Positions 12,319 to 23,639 of a DNA stretch of 64,000 nucleotides are shown piece after piece. The DNA is from Mobula hypostoma (lineage: Eukaryota), in NCBI RefSeq assembly GCF_963921235.1, contig NC_086120.1, positions 31,248,001-31,312,000 of the forward strand, read 5' to 3'. The notes beneath the pieces were generated by a model. That model saw nothing but the letters and a program-made list of their open reading frames with translations. It did no database searches and was not told the DNA's origin. Each line of letters opens with the position of its first letter. The first letter of the stretch is position 1. Position numbers and translations under genes: made by a program.

Positions 12319-12410
12319 CTGCAGTTTCTGACGCCGCCTCACGCATTCATTTTAGATCGCGCAAAAAAAAACACCCAGAACCCCAGGGCCTCACGCAGAC
12401 GGAAAACTTA
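12319..12410 (-). other. Candidate non-coding first exon
   Basis: Immediately downstream (minus strand) of the promoter motifs, ending in the donor CTGCAG|GTAAAA. Contains only a 3-codon uORF, ATG AAT GCG TGA. The start is approximate. Confidence 0.5.
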
Positions 12411-12874
12411 GGGCGAGTGGACATGCGCAGGAGCGCACGGGACGCTGAGAATTGTAGTTTCTTGTACTTACTGAGCGTCAAAGATGTGTTCCTGGGTTAT
12501 GAAGGTGACGTGATTTTCAGTGGAGAAGATGGGTTTATTCTAAGACAGGGTTCAGGTTTTGAAAATCTCTTAAAATATTTTACTTCGTCATTAATGAACA
12601 AAAACAACTGGGAAAGGCATATTGCTGAAGGTCATGAAACTCCGGGTGACTGAACTGAAGTCACTGCTGTAGGAGATGTAACGACCAATTGTTACAGATC
12701 AGCTCCCACGAGTAGCAACATGACAATGTGTTTTCAATATGGTGCTGAAGGATGTGTACTTGTTCATCGCTTGTTACTAAGTAAACTTTGACTGTAGTGT
12801 TGCAAAATGTACCGAATGGCAGATTAGATTCGTCTGGGCTCGAATATTCCTTTCACAGAGATGGCAGAGGTGAA

Positions 12875-13262
12875 CGGGCAGTAGGGTAAGGCAACACACA
12901 TAAAAGTTGCTGGTGAACGCAGCAGGCAGCAACTTTTATCTGTGTTGCTTGAATTTCCAGCATCTGCAGAATTCCTGTTGTTTAGTAGGGTAAGGCAATT
13001 GCTTTACAGTGCCTTAGGGTTCAATTCCCACCACTTTCTGCAAGGAGTTTATACGTTTTCCCCATGACTGCCTCCAGGTGCTTCAGTTTCCTCTCACTTT
13101 CCAAAGACGTATAGGTTAGGGTTAGTAAATTGTGGATATGTTCTGTTGATGATGGAAGCGTGTCGACACGTGTGAGTTACCCCTAGTAAAATTTTTGGAT
13201 TGTTAAACAATGCATTTCAATGTATGTATCAATGTACATGTGACAAATAAAGCTAATCTTAA
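12875..13262 (+). mobile_element. V-SINE (HE1-like), interrupted
   Basis: GGTTCAATTCCCACC B box, AAGGAGTTTATACGTTTTCCCCATGACTG, tail GTACATGTGACAAATAAAGCTAATCTT. Confidence 0.75.
12895..12983. mobile_element. Mini Penelope-like hairpin insertion with perfect 15-bp TSD, inside a V-SINE head
   Basis: AGTAGGGTAAGGCAA at 12880-12894 and 12984-12998. Arms GCAACACACATAAAAGTTGCTG / CAGCAACTTTTATCTGTGTTGC, then the tail. Confidence 0.9.
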
Positions 13263-13269
13263 AAAAAAT

Positions 13270-13460
13270 CTGATGTTGGAATCTGAAATAAAGCTAGTAA
13301 AAACTGGAAATGCTCAACTGGTCTAGCAACACCTGTGCAAAGAGAAACAGAGTTAATATTTCAGATCTGAGACTCTTTTTGTCTTTGACCTGAAGTATTA
13401 ATTTTATTTCTTTTTCTACTTATGCTGCCTGTCCTGCTAATTGTTCCCATCAGTTCCGCT
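13270..13460. repeat. Old palindromic Penelope-terminus-derived element
   Basis: Imperfect inverted arms around ~13375, resembling the PLE terminus (GGAAATGCTCAACTGGTCTAGCAACACCTGTG...). Confidence 0.5.
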
Positions 13461-14167
13461 TGTATATTAATGTATGCCTGATTTAGGCTTTCCAGGTAGT
13501 GGAGAAGCTATTTTAGAATTAATTGGTACACCACTCACCATAGAATCCGAAACTTATCCGCTGTAAATGCAATAACACTTCGTGGCTACTTAAGCTGAAC
13601 TCAGGTCACTGGTACTGTAAAACGTTGTGCTGACCACTACTCTACCATGATGCTCCATGCTTAACCATAATTTAACAGCAAAAGTTTGCATGCACCTGGG
13701 AATGCAGTTTTAAATAAATCACCTAAATTGTTAACCAAATTTCCCAGTTTCTAGTTTGTAGAAAGAACATAGCAATTCAGCGAACAGAATTCATCACTGT
13801 CATATCTGAGGTCATTGAGAGTAAAGTTTCATCCAAGCATCATGATCAAAATTCTTTTAGCATAGTTGTTCAAATGAAATAGCAGATGTAGGCTCAGATC
13901 ATCAGTATCATTTAGTGCATGAAATCTAAATGACTAGTTAGAGGTTGGATTATAGGAGTTGGGCTTTGAGATATGTTGACTTGCAGAAATCAGGGCCTTG
14001 GTTTCAAATAAGCAGCGAGAGCCAGTAGATATCAATGTTTCACATGACCAGCTGGAGTGAGGACCTTAGTTTGAAGTCATCAGAAAGAGTCAGAGTTTGA
14101 GTTATGTTTGACCAGCAAGAGCCAGTGTATTGATTGCGTGTAACATTATCTTGGTTCCAAATAGTAT

Positions 14168-14370
14168 AAAAACAGGAAATGCTTGAAATACTCAACAAGC
14201 CAGGCAGCATCTGTGGAGAGAGAAAGAATCAACATTTCATGTCAATGATCTTTCATTGACTTGAAGCATTCATTCTTTGTCTCTTTCCATAGATACTTCC
14301 TTATCTCTTGAGTATTTGCTCACATTTTATGTTTTCATTTCAAAATTCCATCCTCCACAGCCTTTTGCTT
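14168..14370. repeat. Old palindromic Penelope-terminus-derived element
   Basis: AAAACAGGAAATGCTTGAAATACTCAA...GTCAATGA / TCATTGAC...TTGAGTATTTGCTCACATTTTATGTTTT form ~80-bp imperfect inverted arms. Confidence 0.6.
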
Positions 14371-14624
14371 TTATCATGCTTGCTCTAAGTGATCTGGAGA
14401 CATTATCGTAACAGATTCAAGTAACCAGGAAGAATTGGAGATCAGTCATCTAGAGCTAATATTCAGGAGGCTAGCAGATGTCAATTGTTCAGATCCCAGT
14501 TGACCAGAGTAGCTTGACTTTCAGAATTTTACTGGGGAGTTAGTTAGGCAATGTAAATTCAGAAAGCGGTAGCCAAAGGTCACTGTCAAACAAGCCAAAA
14601 TCACCAGCCTAATGAAGAAAGACA

Positions 14625-14945
14625 AAGATTAAAGGTTATCTTTATTTGTCACATTGACCAAAACATACCATGAAATGAGATCGTTTGTGTCAACGACTAA
14701 CACATTCCGAGGTCTATGGGGGCAGCCTCAAGTGTTCCTATGATTATCATGCCCACAACTCATAAACTGTAACACTAACTGTACTCTATATCTTTGGACT
14801 GTGAGAGGAAACTGGAGCATACAGAGGAAAGCCATGCAGTCCCAGGAAGATCATCCAAACTCCAAACAGACTGTGACAGGAAAGGGCCTGATCTTACAGC
14901 TGGCGCTGGAAAGCATTATGCTAACCACTATACTACTGTGCTGCC
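14625..14945 (-). mobile_element. V-SINE (HE1-like)
   Basis: GAGAGGAAACTGGAGCATACAGAGGAAAGCCATGC, with a TTTATTTGTCACAT tail. Confidence 0.75.
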
Positions 14946-15575
14946 CCATAATAATATTGATAAAAACAAACAGTGTCACAATGCAAAATTAATTATCTTA
15001 AATTAATGTAACCAGGAGACAATACTGTGAAGTACTTGTGGGTGTTTTAATTCATTTAATTCTACAACCAATAAATAATTTTTTTAATTCACTGCAAGGC
15101 TACTCAAGTGCTTAGCCTTACTCAATATGCTAAGGTGGTATATGGGGATATATTTGTTATTTAATTTGATTATATCAAAGTTAGGGGATAACTTATTAAT
15201 TGATTTAAATATTGACCATAGCCAGATCACTCAAAATGCCCACTTACAGCCAACTTGCTACAAATAATTAAAAACATGGTTGAGAAGGTATAAAATTATA
15301 TTAAGTACATCCACTTATATCTCCAGTGATTTCTGTTAGTGTCCATCATTTTTAAATTGTTGATGCGTGACTTTTAACCTTCAACATAAAAGGATAAAAT
15401 TTCCACTTACATATATTTAATGGAAAAGAAGTTATAAGCTGATCATATTTCATTCTGTTATCTTTTTGTTCTTGGGCATTTCCTTGGAGCCACAAACAAT
15501 ACTTGAGTTTGTGCAAACTTGGAGACTGATCTCCAAGTTATTGCAGACTTATTGAGCAAAGCCCATAAGAGAATA

Positions 15576-16100
15576 GCACACACACAATGCTGGAGGTACT
15601 CAGCAGATCGGGCAAGCATCTATGGAAATGAGTAAACAGTTGATGTTTCAGGCTAAGACCCTTTTCCAGGACTGGAAGGGAAGGGGGTAGATACCAGAAT
15701 AAAAAGATGTAGGAGGGGATGGAGGACTAGCTGGAAGGCTATAGGTGAAACTGGGTGCTTGGGAAAGAAGGATTCTGATAAGAGAGAAGAGTGGACCATG
15801 GGAAAAAGAGAAGAGGAGAGACACCAGGGAGAGGCAATAGACAGGTGAGGAGAAGAAGTAAGAGACCAGAGTGAGGAATAGAAAACGAGGGAAAGGGGAG
15901 GGCAAAAGATTACGGGAAGGAAAAGTTAATGTTCATGCCATCAGGTTGGAGGCTACCTGATTCGCCACCCTTAGAATGGCCTCATCATGGCAAAAGAAGA
16001 GGCCATGCGTCAACATGTTGGAACGGGAACGGGGATAAGAATTAAAATGGTTGGCCACTGGGAAATTCCGCTTTTGGCAGATGAAGCGAAGGTGATCAAA
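15576..16100 (-). mobile_element. Penelope-like element 3' fragment
   Basis: Same terminal and purine-rich body as 8970-9870. Decayed hammerhead at ~15637-15675. Confidence 0.8.
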
Positions 16101-16139
16101 TAGGCCTTACACTGAACAGCTTGTAAGAGAAAGGACCTC

Positions 16140-16435
16140 TACAAATTTGTCTTCACTGTTTAACACTGCCCCCAGCTAAGACACGTGATAAGACCTGAGA
16201 AAGCATAGCCCATTTTCTAGATCTTGTGAACCAGCAGAAGCAGATATTGGTGATGTAATTCATCAAGTCATCTGGAGGCCATCTGAGGAAAGGAGCATTC
16301 AGATCCAGCACTAAGCTGCACAACAATGACCTCTCCCCTCCTGTATGCTTTGGAGATATGCATTACCCATAACATGCATATTAAAGCCTTGGTGAGGTAA
16401 CATAAATTCTGTCTGTAGAATGTTCCAATCCGTTG
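16140..16435 (+). mobile_element. Highly degenerate RTE (BovB-like) fragment
   Basis: Broken peptides EADIGDVIH, LRKGAF and LLYALE resemble the RTE post-RT region. Confidence 0.4.
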
Positions 16436-16686
16436 GAAGCACATTGGGTTATAGAGCATGGGAACAGGCCCTTCAGCCCATCTAGTCCATGCTGACCAAG
16501 ATGCCCCATCTAAGCTAATCCCATTTGCCAGCGTTTGGACCATAGCGTTTCAAACCTTTCCAATCCATGCACCTGTCCTACTCTCCTTTAAAAAGCTACT
16601 ATTGTACCTGCCTCAGCTATTTCCTTTGCTGGCTTATTCCACATACAAACTACACTTTGTGTTTAAAAAGTTGTCCCACAGGTCCC

Positions 16687-17922
16687 TGTTGTGCCTATGA
16701 ATGAAGTTACTGCAGAGGCAGTGAAGCTGGTGGATATAGAAGTCTTTATTCAGTACAACAAGCAGGCATCATATTGAAGAAACTTTTAGAAGAGGCTCTC
16801 TGACCCAATATTACATGACAAAATCATCTGCAGCTCAATATTAGTAAGACAAAGGAGATGGTGATGGACTTTAGGACGACTAAACCTGCACTACTCCCTG
16901 TTACTATTGATGGGGAGGATGTGGTTGTGGTGAGGACATACAAGTACCTGGGGGTGCACCTGGCTGACAGACTTGAGTGGAGCACCAACACAGAGACTGT
17001 GTCCAAGAAGGGCCAGAGTTGCCTCTACTTCCTGAGAAGACTGTGGTCCTTTGGAGAATGCAGTCCTTTCCTTCACATGTCCTACCAGTCTATTGTCACC
17101 TGTACAATCTTCTATGTGGTAGTGTGCTGGGGCAATGGCATCAAAACAAGTGATGCCAACAGGCTGAATAAACTGATTAGAAAGGCTGGCTCTGTTTTTG
17201 GAGTCAAACTGGACTGGAGGCTGCGGTAGAACAAAGGACCCTACAGAAAATCCTGGCGATTCTGGACAATGTTTCTCACCCTCTGCATGCCACCTTGGCT
17301 GAACAGAGGAGCACTTTTAGTAACAGACTAAGACAACTGTGCTGCTCTAAGGAACGCTATATGAGGTCATTCTTACCCTCTGCCATTAGGCTCTATATTG
17401 AGTCAACCTTTAGCTGGGAAAGTGATAGCCCCCTGCTATTAGACTGTTTGTGGTCATTTATTTTTTATTCTTTCTTACTCCTCTTCTAATATTTGTATAT
17501 TTGTGCATTTGTAATGTTTCTGTGAAACTGTAATTTTGTTTGGGATCAGTAAGTATCTACCTGTCTCTCTATGACATTTTTATATGTTACAGATCAAAGG
17601 TAACAGCAGGACAGTTCTATAGTTACAATGTTTCCTTAGAATTACATATAATTTTCAAACACTTAGATCTTCACACCAACTCTCCCAACACCAAAAATGA
17701 ATGTTAATGATCACTGTCTCTGAGCTACATTCAAGCATATGAAGACATTTCAGTCAATGGATTGTTTCTTGGTTTGCAACCAACCCCAGTCTGCAGCTCC
17801 AAAAACACCATTGTCCTGAGCTGCATTTTCACTCAATCTACAATCCACGTTCAAATCTGAAGACTGATTGCTATTGAAATTAATATTTGCTATATTCCAT
17901 CACTCCAGAAAACATCCTAACT
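16687..17922 (-). mobile_element. Solo LTR with 5-bp TSD (BEL/Pao- or Copia-like), interrupted by a LINE
   Basis: TSD GTCCC at 16682-16686 and 17923-17927. Termini TGTTGT...CTAAC(T). Homologous to 21398-21837. AATAAA and TATAAAA on the minus strand. Confidence 0.75.
16821..17570 (+). mobile_element. 5'-truncated Rex1/Babar LINE with 6-bp TSD
   Basis: NHLQLNISKTKEMVMDFR...YKYLGVHL. TSD ATGACA at 16815-16820 and 17571-17576. Confidence 0.88.
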
Positions 17923-18264
17923 GTCCCTATTCATTCCTCTGCTCTCACTTTAAAACTGTAACCCTTAGTCCTTGATTCCCCAACTCTGGGAAAAAGACAG
18001 AGAGCATTCACCCTGCCTACAACCCAGAGAAAAGCATTTTAATGCATTTTTCAAGCTAGTAATAAGAATAATAAAATTATATCACTGTTTTGATTAGTGA
18101 CTGGATGCAGCATATATGAAGAGAATCTGGTAGTCAGCTTACACACAGCAAGATCTCACAATTACTAACAGCATGAATAAGTAATCTACTAACATAGGTG
18201 AACAAATTATTATTAGGATTAGTAATGTCAGATAATTGGATGATGTATAAAGCCACAGAGGTAT

Positions 18265-18680
18265 ATTACATAGAAACAGGTCCTTCAGCCAACTCATCCA
18301 TGCCAACCAAGATTTCCATCAAAGGTAATCCAATTTGCCCATATCCCTCTAGTCTAAACCTTTCCTATCCAAATGTTTTTTTTAAAGCTGTAACCACCTG
18401 CCTCCTCTTAAGAATCTCTTAAGTGTCCATGTTACATCTGCTCTACCATCATGCCTGCCAGTGCGTTCCAGGTACCTACCACCCAACATATAAAAAAAAC
18501 TATCTCTGACGTCGACTCTAAACTTAATTCCGCTCACCTTAAACCGATCTCCTCTAGTATTGGCCATTGCCACCCTGGGAATTAGGTGCTGTCTATGTAC
18601 TCTATCAATGCCTCTCATAATCCTATATACCTTGTAAAGTCGCCTCTTGTCCTCCCTCACTCCAAAGAGAAAAGCCCCTG
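18265..18680 (-). mobile_element. CR1 LINE 3' fragment
   Basis: VYRIMRGIDRV...NTRGDRFKV. Confidence 0.8.
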
Positions 18681-19399
18681 GCTTGGGTCTGGCTTGATGT
18701 GGGATCTGCTGACTTTTCCTCAGATGGGCCAGGAGGTGTCTGACACAAAAATTAGCATCTTCTTCTGGGCCAATAATCCCAGCATTGCTGTTCTAATTAT
18801 AATCAGTGGACTACGTCATCCAAATGCCTGGTGTCAGGCTCTTGAACCAAGTACTTTATTCCCTATTCCATCATGGAAAAGGTTTTCCAAGAAAATAAAG
18901 ATTTTTGCAAGTGAATTTCCCTTATAAAAATGTAACATGTTCATTTATCCAAGTGAATTCTATCACAAAAATATGTGCAATATTTGTGACTTACGTGTGA
19001 TTGCCCATTACATGTTCCTCCCATGTGAGATTTACCCTTCGTAAATGATTGGAAATTTCATTCTGATGTATTCATTCCCCATCTAACCAACACTATGGAG
19101 GTAGTCCCACAAGGTAAGCAAATCATTAGTTAGATGGAGTGTGGTTGTTAAAAGGGATCTGTTGCCCTATGCGTAAAATGCAAAAGAAAGCACATGGATA
19201 CAGCACTTATTTAGGAAAGTTAATGGAATATTGGCCTTTATTGCACTGCATATGGTTTATAAAAGTAAGGGTGTTTGGTGCAACTGGAACTAGGACATAT
19301 CGGAGAATGACAGGTGATGTCATCAACTATATATAAATTTCTGAGGGGATTGACCAGGCGGATGCTGAGACGATACTGTTCCTGATGGAAATATCTAGA

Positions 19400-19885
19400 A
19401 TTAGAAGATTCCTGACGTCAATAACCATCTAATTTGTCTTGTTGACAGTGAGGAAGAGGTTATTTGCTTGGCATCAGGCCTCGAGCTCTTCTGCCTCCTC
19501 TCTGGGGATCTGGGGATTGTCTCATCATTGGTGGTGATGAGCCCCACCACTGTTGTGTCATCATCGAACCGGTCAATGTGGTTATTCTGGTGTTTGGCTG
19601 TGCAGTTATGTGTGAGCAGAGTGTACAGCAGTGGCTCAGCACACAGCCCTGGTGAGGCGCCCATGTTGAGGATGATGGGGAGGGAGGAGCAGTTGTACAT
19701 CCTGACTATCTGAGCTCTGTTGGTAGGAAGTCCAATACCCAGTTGGCTAGTGGTGTATTTAGACCAGGTTTGTCCACCAAGGTCTGTGGGACAATACCAA
19801 TTTGAAATCCAGAAGCAACATTCTAACCTGAGTGTCCGTGTTTCCTAGGTGTGCCAGGGCCATGTGCACGGCAAATGCCCTGGCC
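19400..19885 (-). mobile_element. Degenerate Rex1/Babar RT fragment
   Basis: PLLYTLLTHNC...FDDDTTVVGLI and VRMLLLDF. Confidence 0.75.
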
Positions 19886-20084
19886 TCATAACTGAATAGG
19901 TACTTCACCCCATTGTGCATAGCCTTATAAATTAATAACCTGCAACCATATAGTGCTTTAAAGAATCTCATATTATGCAAAATATTTCACTCAGTTATGC
20001 ACTGTTAAGTATAGTAATTACCGTAATGTGCAGTAAGTTAAGAGAAGTTCAATTCTGTGTAAGATTTCAGATGTCTCCTTAATA

Positions 20085-20410
20085 GAACATGGAACATAGA
20101 AAATTGCAGCACAATACAGTCCCTTTGGCCTACAGTATTATGCTGACATTTTAACCTACCCCGAAGTCAATCTAACTCTTCCCACTGACATAGCTTTCCA
20201 TTTTTATTTCATCAATGCATCTAACTAAGCGTCCCTTAAACATCCCAAATGTATTCACCTCTACCACTGCCTCGGCGGTATATTCCATGCACCCATCGCT
20301 TTCTATGTAAAAAGAAACTACCTCTAACATACTCCCTATACTTTCCTTGAATAGCCTTAAAATTATGGCTCTTTGTATTAGTCCACTCAATTATTTGCTT
20401 GTCCACTCTA
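20085..20410 (-). mobile_element. CR1 LINE 3' fragment
   Basis: AGAACATGGAACATAG tail and typical CR1 C-terminal/3' UTR sequence. Confidence 0.65.
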
Positions 20411-21397
20411 AATAAGTTAAATTATTTGTTGGTTCAGCCTTGCACTATATTGCCTGAATGGGTTGCATTCTGCTTCAGAGTTTGAAGATTTTTCTTGGGT
20501 ACTGTCCATGAATGAAACAATAAACTGAGTTTCATTCTCAGGTGGATGTTAAAAATCCCTTAACTCTGTTTCACTAAAAGAGCGGGATGATGGTTTACAG
20601 GGATACTAGTTAACTCCGTCAATATCATTATTGCTTGTTGTTTCTGGGAGCTTGTTTTGTACAAATTGGCTGTGGCATTTTTCTTTATTGCATCATCTAG
20701 ACATCAAAATTGCTTCTTTAGTTGTGAAATGCATTTGGACTTCCCGAAATGTGTAAGCTGTGATACAACTCGAAGAGTGATTTATCTTTCTGTCTTTCTT
20801 CTCTCCCATAATCATACGTCTCAGCAAGTTTACTTATAATGTTTTGCTATACCTGCTTATCTTGTCTCTGAAGACACACACGTGTATTCCTTATGAAATT
20901 CCCCTGTGAATTTCAGAGCATTGAACCAGTACACTTTCAGCAATTTATAAAAATACGTGTTAATTCTTCTTAGGTCCCCTGGGACAGTTCAACTGTCACA
21001 TCTTCTCAATAAACTCATATGAGATTCTTCTAATCCCTTAAGATAGTCACTGAACCATTTTTTAAATTTTCCTTCTCCTTATTCAACCGGTGCTATTTTT
21101 GTATTCGTTCTCTGAACATTTATTTGGGCACCCTTTTAGTCTGTTGCTTTTTAAAACCCAGCTTGGGGATTAGCCTATAGACTCTATTGCTTTTTAAAAC
21201 TCATCCTGGGGATGTCACCTAACCGCCACTTCTGGTTTTATTCTTAAACGTGTCCTAGATTTCTCTTCTTCATAACAAAACTATCCTAGCCCAAAAGTTG
21301 TTTGTTCACTAGCATGATAACCAGTTATCTTTAGTCTGTCATGGGAAATGGACTTGCAGGAAGCAGAGGTGAAATTCTTGCCACTCTGAGAATTTGT

Positions 21398-21837
21398 TGT
21401 TGTAACCTGAAAAAAGTCACTGGAGAGACACTGAAACTAGTGGATATAGAAGAGTTTTATTCAACAGAAACGAGCTACAGGGCATCATCTTGAGACTCTT
21501 TTGGAGGAAGAGGCCTGTTCAACCCAATATTACATGGCATTTTATATGTTAAGGTCAAATGATAGTTCTATAGTCACATACGATGTAATTACAATGCTTC
21601 CTTTGAATTACATGTAACTTTCACAACGCCCCACACTCCAGACACCCAAAATGAATGTTAATCAGCCATTGTCTGGCTTTCAATCTACTGATAGCCACAG
21701 CTCCAGGAAACTATTGTCCAGATCTGCATTTTAAATTTAATTCACAATCCACATTCAGATTTAAAGATTGGTTGCTGAAATTAGTTGCTAAAGTTAATAT
21801 TTTACTATATAACATAACTCCAGAATACATTCTAACA
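21398..21837 (-). mobile_element. Solo LTR (~440 bp), same family as 16687-17922
   Basis: TGTTGT...CTAACA termini, 5-bp flanks TTTGT/GTTGT, collinear similarity with the other copy. Confidence 0.75.
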
Positions 21838-21989
21838 GTTGTTTTCACAGACTTCTGGTCCAGATGGCACCAGCAAACAACCATTCCTCGGGCAACATCT
21901 TCCAGATAGCAAATCTCTCCAATTATTTCACTTTTTCTCTGCCTTTTGTTTGTTTGTTTACAGAAACTGTTGGAGCCTGTGACACGCAG

Positions 21990-22752
21990 TTTGGAACTGG
22001 ATTGAAGAATCCAGTGCTCTGTTGTGGCTGGAGAGCTGCCTGGTGGAGATGAGAGACAGGAGCCGAAAAAGACCAAGAGCACAAGCTGACTCGAGGAAAA
22101 GTCCAGAGACGCGACGCAGGGCCATGAACGACTCCATCTCAAAGCAGCAAGAAGATTGAAGCATCGAAATGAATGTAGAGGCGACGATGGTTGGCTGCCG
22201 GATCAGCACGTTCAGGCTTGGGTTGCTGGGCACTCTTTACGGAAGGACTGAGTTTGTGCGGCCACTCTCCTCATATGCTGGCAAAAAAATATTTGCGATG
22301 TTCTAAAATTTATGTGATCAATGGACTGCACTTTATATTGGTTTCCTTCAGTTTTTCAGTGTTTTCTTTCTTGTGGCCAATTGGCAGGCGGGTGCTCTGG
22401 TAATTTTTTGTGTGTAGTAGGGGAGTTGGTGGTTTTAATACCACTGTCACTGTTCTTTTCTGTGAGTGAAGAGGTTGGGGATTGTTATTGTTACTGTTTT
22501 TTTCTGCAGGAAAGGGATGGGGGATTTGACGTTATTGTCACTGTTACTCTTCTGTGGGGGGGTGGGGGACCTTGGGGTCTGCGAGTTTTGTTTCTTTCCC
22601 TTTTTTGTGCCAGGGAGGGGAGGGAGAGTTGATGTCTTTCCTTTCATGAACTCCCATGGTCTTTCTGTACTTCATGGCTATCTGGAGAAGACAAATATCG
22701 GAGTTGCACTGTGCATGCATACTTCGACAATAAAATGAACCTTTGAACCTTT
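21990..22752 (+). mobile_element. Long non-autonomous retroposon with LINE-type tail
   Basis: GC/CpG-rich 5' body and GT-rich middle. Ends GACAATAAAATGAACCTTTGAACCTTT. Start is approximate. Confidence 0.5.
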
Positions 22753-23075
22753 AACTGTCTCCTCGGAAGTGACTGTCTCCTAGAAGAGGTGCCATCTTCC
22801 TGGTAGACCTTAAAGTAATGGCTTCTCAAGTGGGCGTAAAGATCAGGAAGAGTCTAGAGATTTGTTTTCACTTATCAGGCCAATAATTATCCCTCAATGA
22901 AACAGGTCACAAATAGAACAGTGTTCGTGGGGGCCTTTAAACTATTGGACTCGTTACCTACAATAATGTCTGCACTGTGAAAGTACCTGATTGTTGTGAA
23001 AGTATTTGGAAAATCAGGTGTTGTTATATTAATGGAAACTGACGTTGCGGTGTTTGCCGAGCTTGGCAAATAGCT

Positions 23076-23117
23076 TGCAGACATTTCATCACCAGTCGAG
23101 GTGACAACATCAGTGCG
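23076..23117 (-). ncRNA. Mutated minimal hammerhead ribozyme motif
   Basis: GCA-CTGATGT-TGTCACC tcgact GGTGAT-GAAA-T-GTC-TGC. The CUGANGA box has its last A changed to U. Confidence 0.6.
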
Positions 23118-23525
23118 CAGTTATTGGTGTTTCTTTCTGGGAGTGCTCGTTTTTATACAGGCCTTCGTTCACTTGCATCGGTCCTGACTGGCTACCTCTT
23201 TGGTTTCTTTGGTTCTTTCTTTGAAATAGATGACGTCTATTTCAAAATGTTTGTTTATTGAGTTATCAGAAGAGAACCACACTTCCAGAGGTTCTTGTGC
23301 CTGCCTCGTTTTTGCCTGTGCCAGAAACTTTGCGGTGCCCCAATTAAAGTGGTGTCCTTTTCGATCTTCATGTACTGAGATCAGCGACAGTGTCTCTGTA
23401 CCACCGGTTGTGCTCCCAAAAAGAAGTTGAGAGTTTACATCCTGACTGACCGACGTAGTTCTTGTTGCAGTCTCCACAGGTGATGATGTACACCACATTG
23501 CTTTTGCTGGTTGTCTTTAATGGTA

Positions 23526-23639
23526 AACAACAGGAATTCTGCAGATGCTGGAAATTCAAGGTCTCGGCCTGAAACGTCGACTGTACCTCTTCCTAGAGAT
23601 GCTGCCTGGCCTGCTACGTTCACCAGCAACTTTGATGTG
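23526..23639. mobile_element. Mini Penelope-like inverted insertion with perfect 14-bp TSD, nested in the older PLE
   Basis: TGTCTTTAATGGTA at 23512-23525 and 23640-23653. Confidence 0.9.

Larger units (their letters stand above)
11100..12500 (-). promoter_or_regulatory. CpG-rich promoter / 5' region of an unidentified host gene
   Basis: TE-free, CpG-retaining stretch. ZNF143/THAP11-type AACTACAATTCTCAGCGTCCC on the minus strand (core 12447-12459), NRF1-like CATGCGCA at 12422-12429, ETS CGGAAA at 12400, E-box CACGTG at ~11835. Confidence 0.7.
16440..18020 (-). mobile_element. CR1-type LINE 3' end hosting a nested solo LTR and LINE
   Basis: CR1 3' UTR (GGAACAGGCCCTTCAGCCCA) at ~16460. Sequence AAGTTGTCCCACAGGTCCC|TATTCATTCCTCTGCTCTCACTTTAAAAC rejoins across the insert. 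Confidence 0.75.

Noticed and set aside
16687-21837. Full-length LTR retrotransposon bounded by the two similar LTRs
   Set aside because: Each LTR has its own flanking duplication, and the intervening DNA is CR1/Rex debris without gag/pol.
2443-23639. Recurring ~37-nt sequence as a CRISPR-like repeat
   Set aside because: Copies are dispersed, TSD-flanked and part of a Penelope terminus in eukaryotic DNA. There is no repeat-spacer array.
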